This document shows, in pieces, positions 61,440 through 64,000 of a DNA stretch of 64,000 bases (position 1 is the first letter of the stretch; every line of letters begins with the position of its first letter). Source of the DNA: Octopus vulgaris. Taxonomy: Eukaryota. The stretch spans positions 73,160,001 to 73,224,000 of the forward strand of contig OX597814.1 of NCBI GenBank assembly GCA_951406725.2, in the 5' to 3' direction. Position numbers and translations under genes: made by a program. The notes beneath the pieces are model-generated. The model was not told the origin of the DNA. It ran no database searches and was given only the letters and a program-made list of their open reading frames with translations.

Positions 61440-64000
61440 ATGAATTCTGCCAAATGCGAGTTTTCTTTTCAGGTACATGAAGCTACTGTCCCCCGTCCCA
61501 GGGTCTCTAGGGCCCATACCTCCCACACCCTCAGGGTTGACACACTGAAAGGTAGGTCTGGCGAGATTGTTGAGATGCTTGAACGGAGATGTGTCGATAT
61601 ATGTTGCATCCAAGAAGTGAGGTGGAGAGGAGGTTCTGCTAGGTTCTTCACAGGCAAAGAACACAGGTACAAGATTTTCTGGGCAGGGAACACTGACGGG
61701 GTTGGGGGTGTGGGTATACTTCTCGCTGAAAAATGGGTAGTTAAGGTAATTGAGGTAGTCAGAGTATGCGACAGAGTACTTAAGATTAGATTAGTGCTTC
61801 ATCATGGATTAGCGACCATTATATCGGCCTATGCCTCTCAGCCAGGGCTACCCGATTGACAGAAAGACAGATTCTATGACACCCTACTGCAGACTACCTC
61901 GTTGACGAATGACAGGGACCTTCTCTTTGTGGCTGGTGACTTCAATGAGCATGTTGGACAACATGCTGGGGGCTTCCATGGTGTACATGGAGGCTATGGT
62001 TATGGTTCCTGCAACGAGGAGGGAACCAAGCTGCTGGAGTTCTGCGATGCAAATGATCTTATGGTTTGCAACACTAACTTCAGGAAACCTACCAGCCACC
62101 TAGTCACCTACCGATTGGGCCGACATACTAGCCAAATTGACTACATCCTTGCCAGAAAAAGGGAAAGATGGCTGCTTATAAAAGCCAAAACCTTCCCAGG
62201 CGAAGAATGTACCCCACAACATAGACTGGTAGTTAGTGACTTTAGGATCAGGACTAAGAGGACGACCAGAAGATGACCAACATGGAGAAGAAGGGTCTGG
62301 AAGCTTAAAGATCCTGTGAATGGACAGAGACTTAGGGACATATTACTTGAAGCCTTTGACGAAATAGAAGGGGATATAGCTTCACATGGGGTAGAAGACA
62401 ACTGGAGGTCTCTAAGGGACAACCTGCTGAGAGCCACTGACCAGATCTGTGGATGGTGCAAAGTCCCCTATAATCCCAAAATAATGTGGTGGTGGAACAA
62501 CATTGTAGACAGGGCTATCAGAGAAAAGAGACAGGCTTGGAAGGACTGGAAGAATGGTGGTAGCAGGGAATTGTATCAGACTGCCAGAAGAGAAGCTAGG
62601 AGACAGGTTTACTTAGCCAGAGGGGAAGCAGATCAGAAAAAATTTGCCAATGTTCAGCGCCGTGAGGACCAAAGACTTGAGGTATTTCGTGTTGCAAGAC
62701 TGTGTGAATGAGAATCGTGATGTTGTAGGAGAGAAATGTGTTTGCATGGATGATGGTTCACTTGCACTAAGTGAGGCTGCAGAGAAGTTTGGAGACACCA
62801 CTATGAAAGGTTGCTGAATAAAGAAAATGATTGGGAGAAAGAGAGTCTGCCAAATGTCGACCCAACAGAGGGACCAGCTATCCGAGTTGACAGTACCTTG
62901 GTAGATAAAGCAATTAAGAGTATGAAGACAGGGAAAGCCCCCCCCCCCCGCCCATCAGGAATCACTGCAGAGATGCTCAAAATATCTGGCAGTGTCGGCT
63001 ATAACCTAGTCACCCGTATAATTAACCAGGTGATAGACGAAAGAGTCATACCCAATGATTGGTGTAGCAGCATAATAGTCAACTGCTACATAGGTAAAAG
63101 TGACATTTTAGATATAAATAATTACAGAGGTATCAAGTTGTTGGATAAGGTAATGAAGGTCACGGAGAGGGTCATAGCCCAACTAGTTAGGGAAAGAGTC
63201 AGTTTAGATGAGATGCAGTTTGGGTTTGTGCCAGGGAAAAGCACCACTGATGCTATATTTCTGGTAAGATAGCTGCAGGAGAAATACCTAGCCAAAGATA
63301 AACCTCTGTACCTGGCTTTTGTTGACAGGGTCCCCCAATCTCTTATCTGGTGGTCAATGAGGAAACTAGGGATAGATGAATGGCTAGTGAGAGATGTACA
63401 GGGATGCTGTCAGTAAGGTGAGGGTTGGTAACGAGTACAGTGAAGAATTCCGGGTAGAGGTAGATGTCCACCAATGTTCAATCCTCAGCCCCCTCCTATT
63501 TATCATAATCCTCCAGGCAATAACAGAGGAATTCAAGACAGGATGCACCTGGGAGATCCTCTATGCTGACAACCTTGCTCTAATTGCTGAGTCACTATCA
63601 GAACTCGAGAAGTTTCAGGTGTGGAAACAAGGATTAGAATCGAAGGGCCTTAGAGTCAACCTAGCTAAAACCAAAGTCCTAATAAGTAGGGTGGCAGGCA
63701 AACCACAAATCCCTTCAGGTGGATGGCCCTGCTCGATCTGTAGAAAAGGTGTAGGTAGAAACTCTGTAAGATGTACCCAGTGTAAGCTATGGACACATAA
63801 GAGGTGCAGCAATATCAAAGGAAGGCTAACTGGGAAGATAGTTTTTGTATGTGGCAGATACTCAGGAGTAATAAACACTGAAAATGTGCAGAGAACAACT
63901 TCCGCCACATTCCAGGGAGAAAAACTAGAAGTAGTTGATAGCTTCTGTTACCTAGGTGACCAAATCAGTAGCGTAGGAGGGTGCACTGAAAGTGTAGCTG
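61440..64000 (+). mobile_element. RTE-clade LINE (APE endonuclease + RT), degenerate, runs off the window edge
   Basis: Motifs DICCIQEVRWRG, ISAYA.Q, VAGDFNEHVG, SQIDYIL, QHRLVV, NYRGIKLL, QFGFVPGKSTTDAIF; several stops. Confidence 0.93.

Overview
AT-rich, microsatellite- and transposon-dense animal genomic DNA. The SINE, RTE-tail and Penelope repeat content suggests a coleoid cephalopod (Octopus-like); this is an inference. Two spliced host genes point away from each other. The 5' part of an LRRC45 orthologue is on the minus strand (4 coding exons, 6941->1283, continuing off the left edge). The 5' part of an EDC4/Ge-1 orthologue is on the plus strand (9 coding exons, 35694->54597, continuing beyond). 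EDC4 intron 6 (49154-49905) is a GT-AG U12-type minor intron. Mobile elements between and within the genes: a young full-length Gypsy LTR retrotransposon (14282-19053, 5-bp TSD, tRNA-Leu PBS), a solo LTR, four mariner copies, a Tigger/pogo remnant, RTE, CRE and R4-like LINE remnants, and SINEs. Most interesting signals: (i) several Penelope-like elements with inverted arms carrying hammerhead ribozymes, including a recurrent CCGANGA (U4C) core variant, three of them sense to the EDC4 pre-mRNA; (ii) three foldback elements with GG...CC ends (one with an 8-bp TSD, Merlin-like) carrying telomere-type TTAGGG repeats; (iii) a partial EDC4 exon duplication fused to a perfect palindrome; (iv) a possible divergent 5'TOP-like transcript from the EDC4 promoter. 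No prokaryotic features are present.
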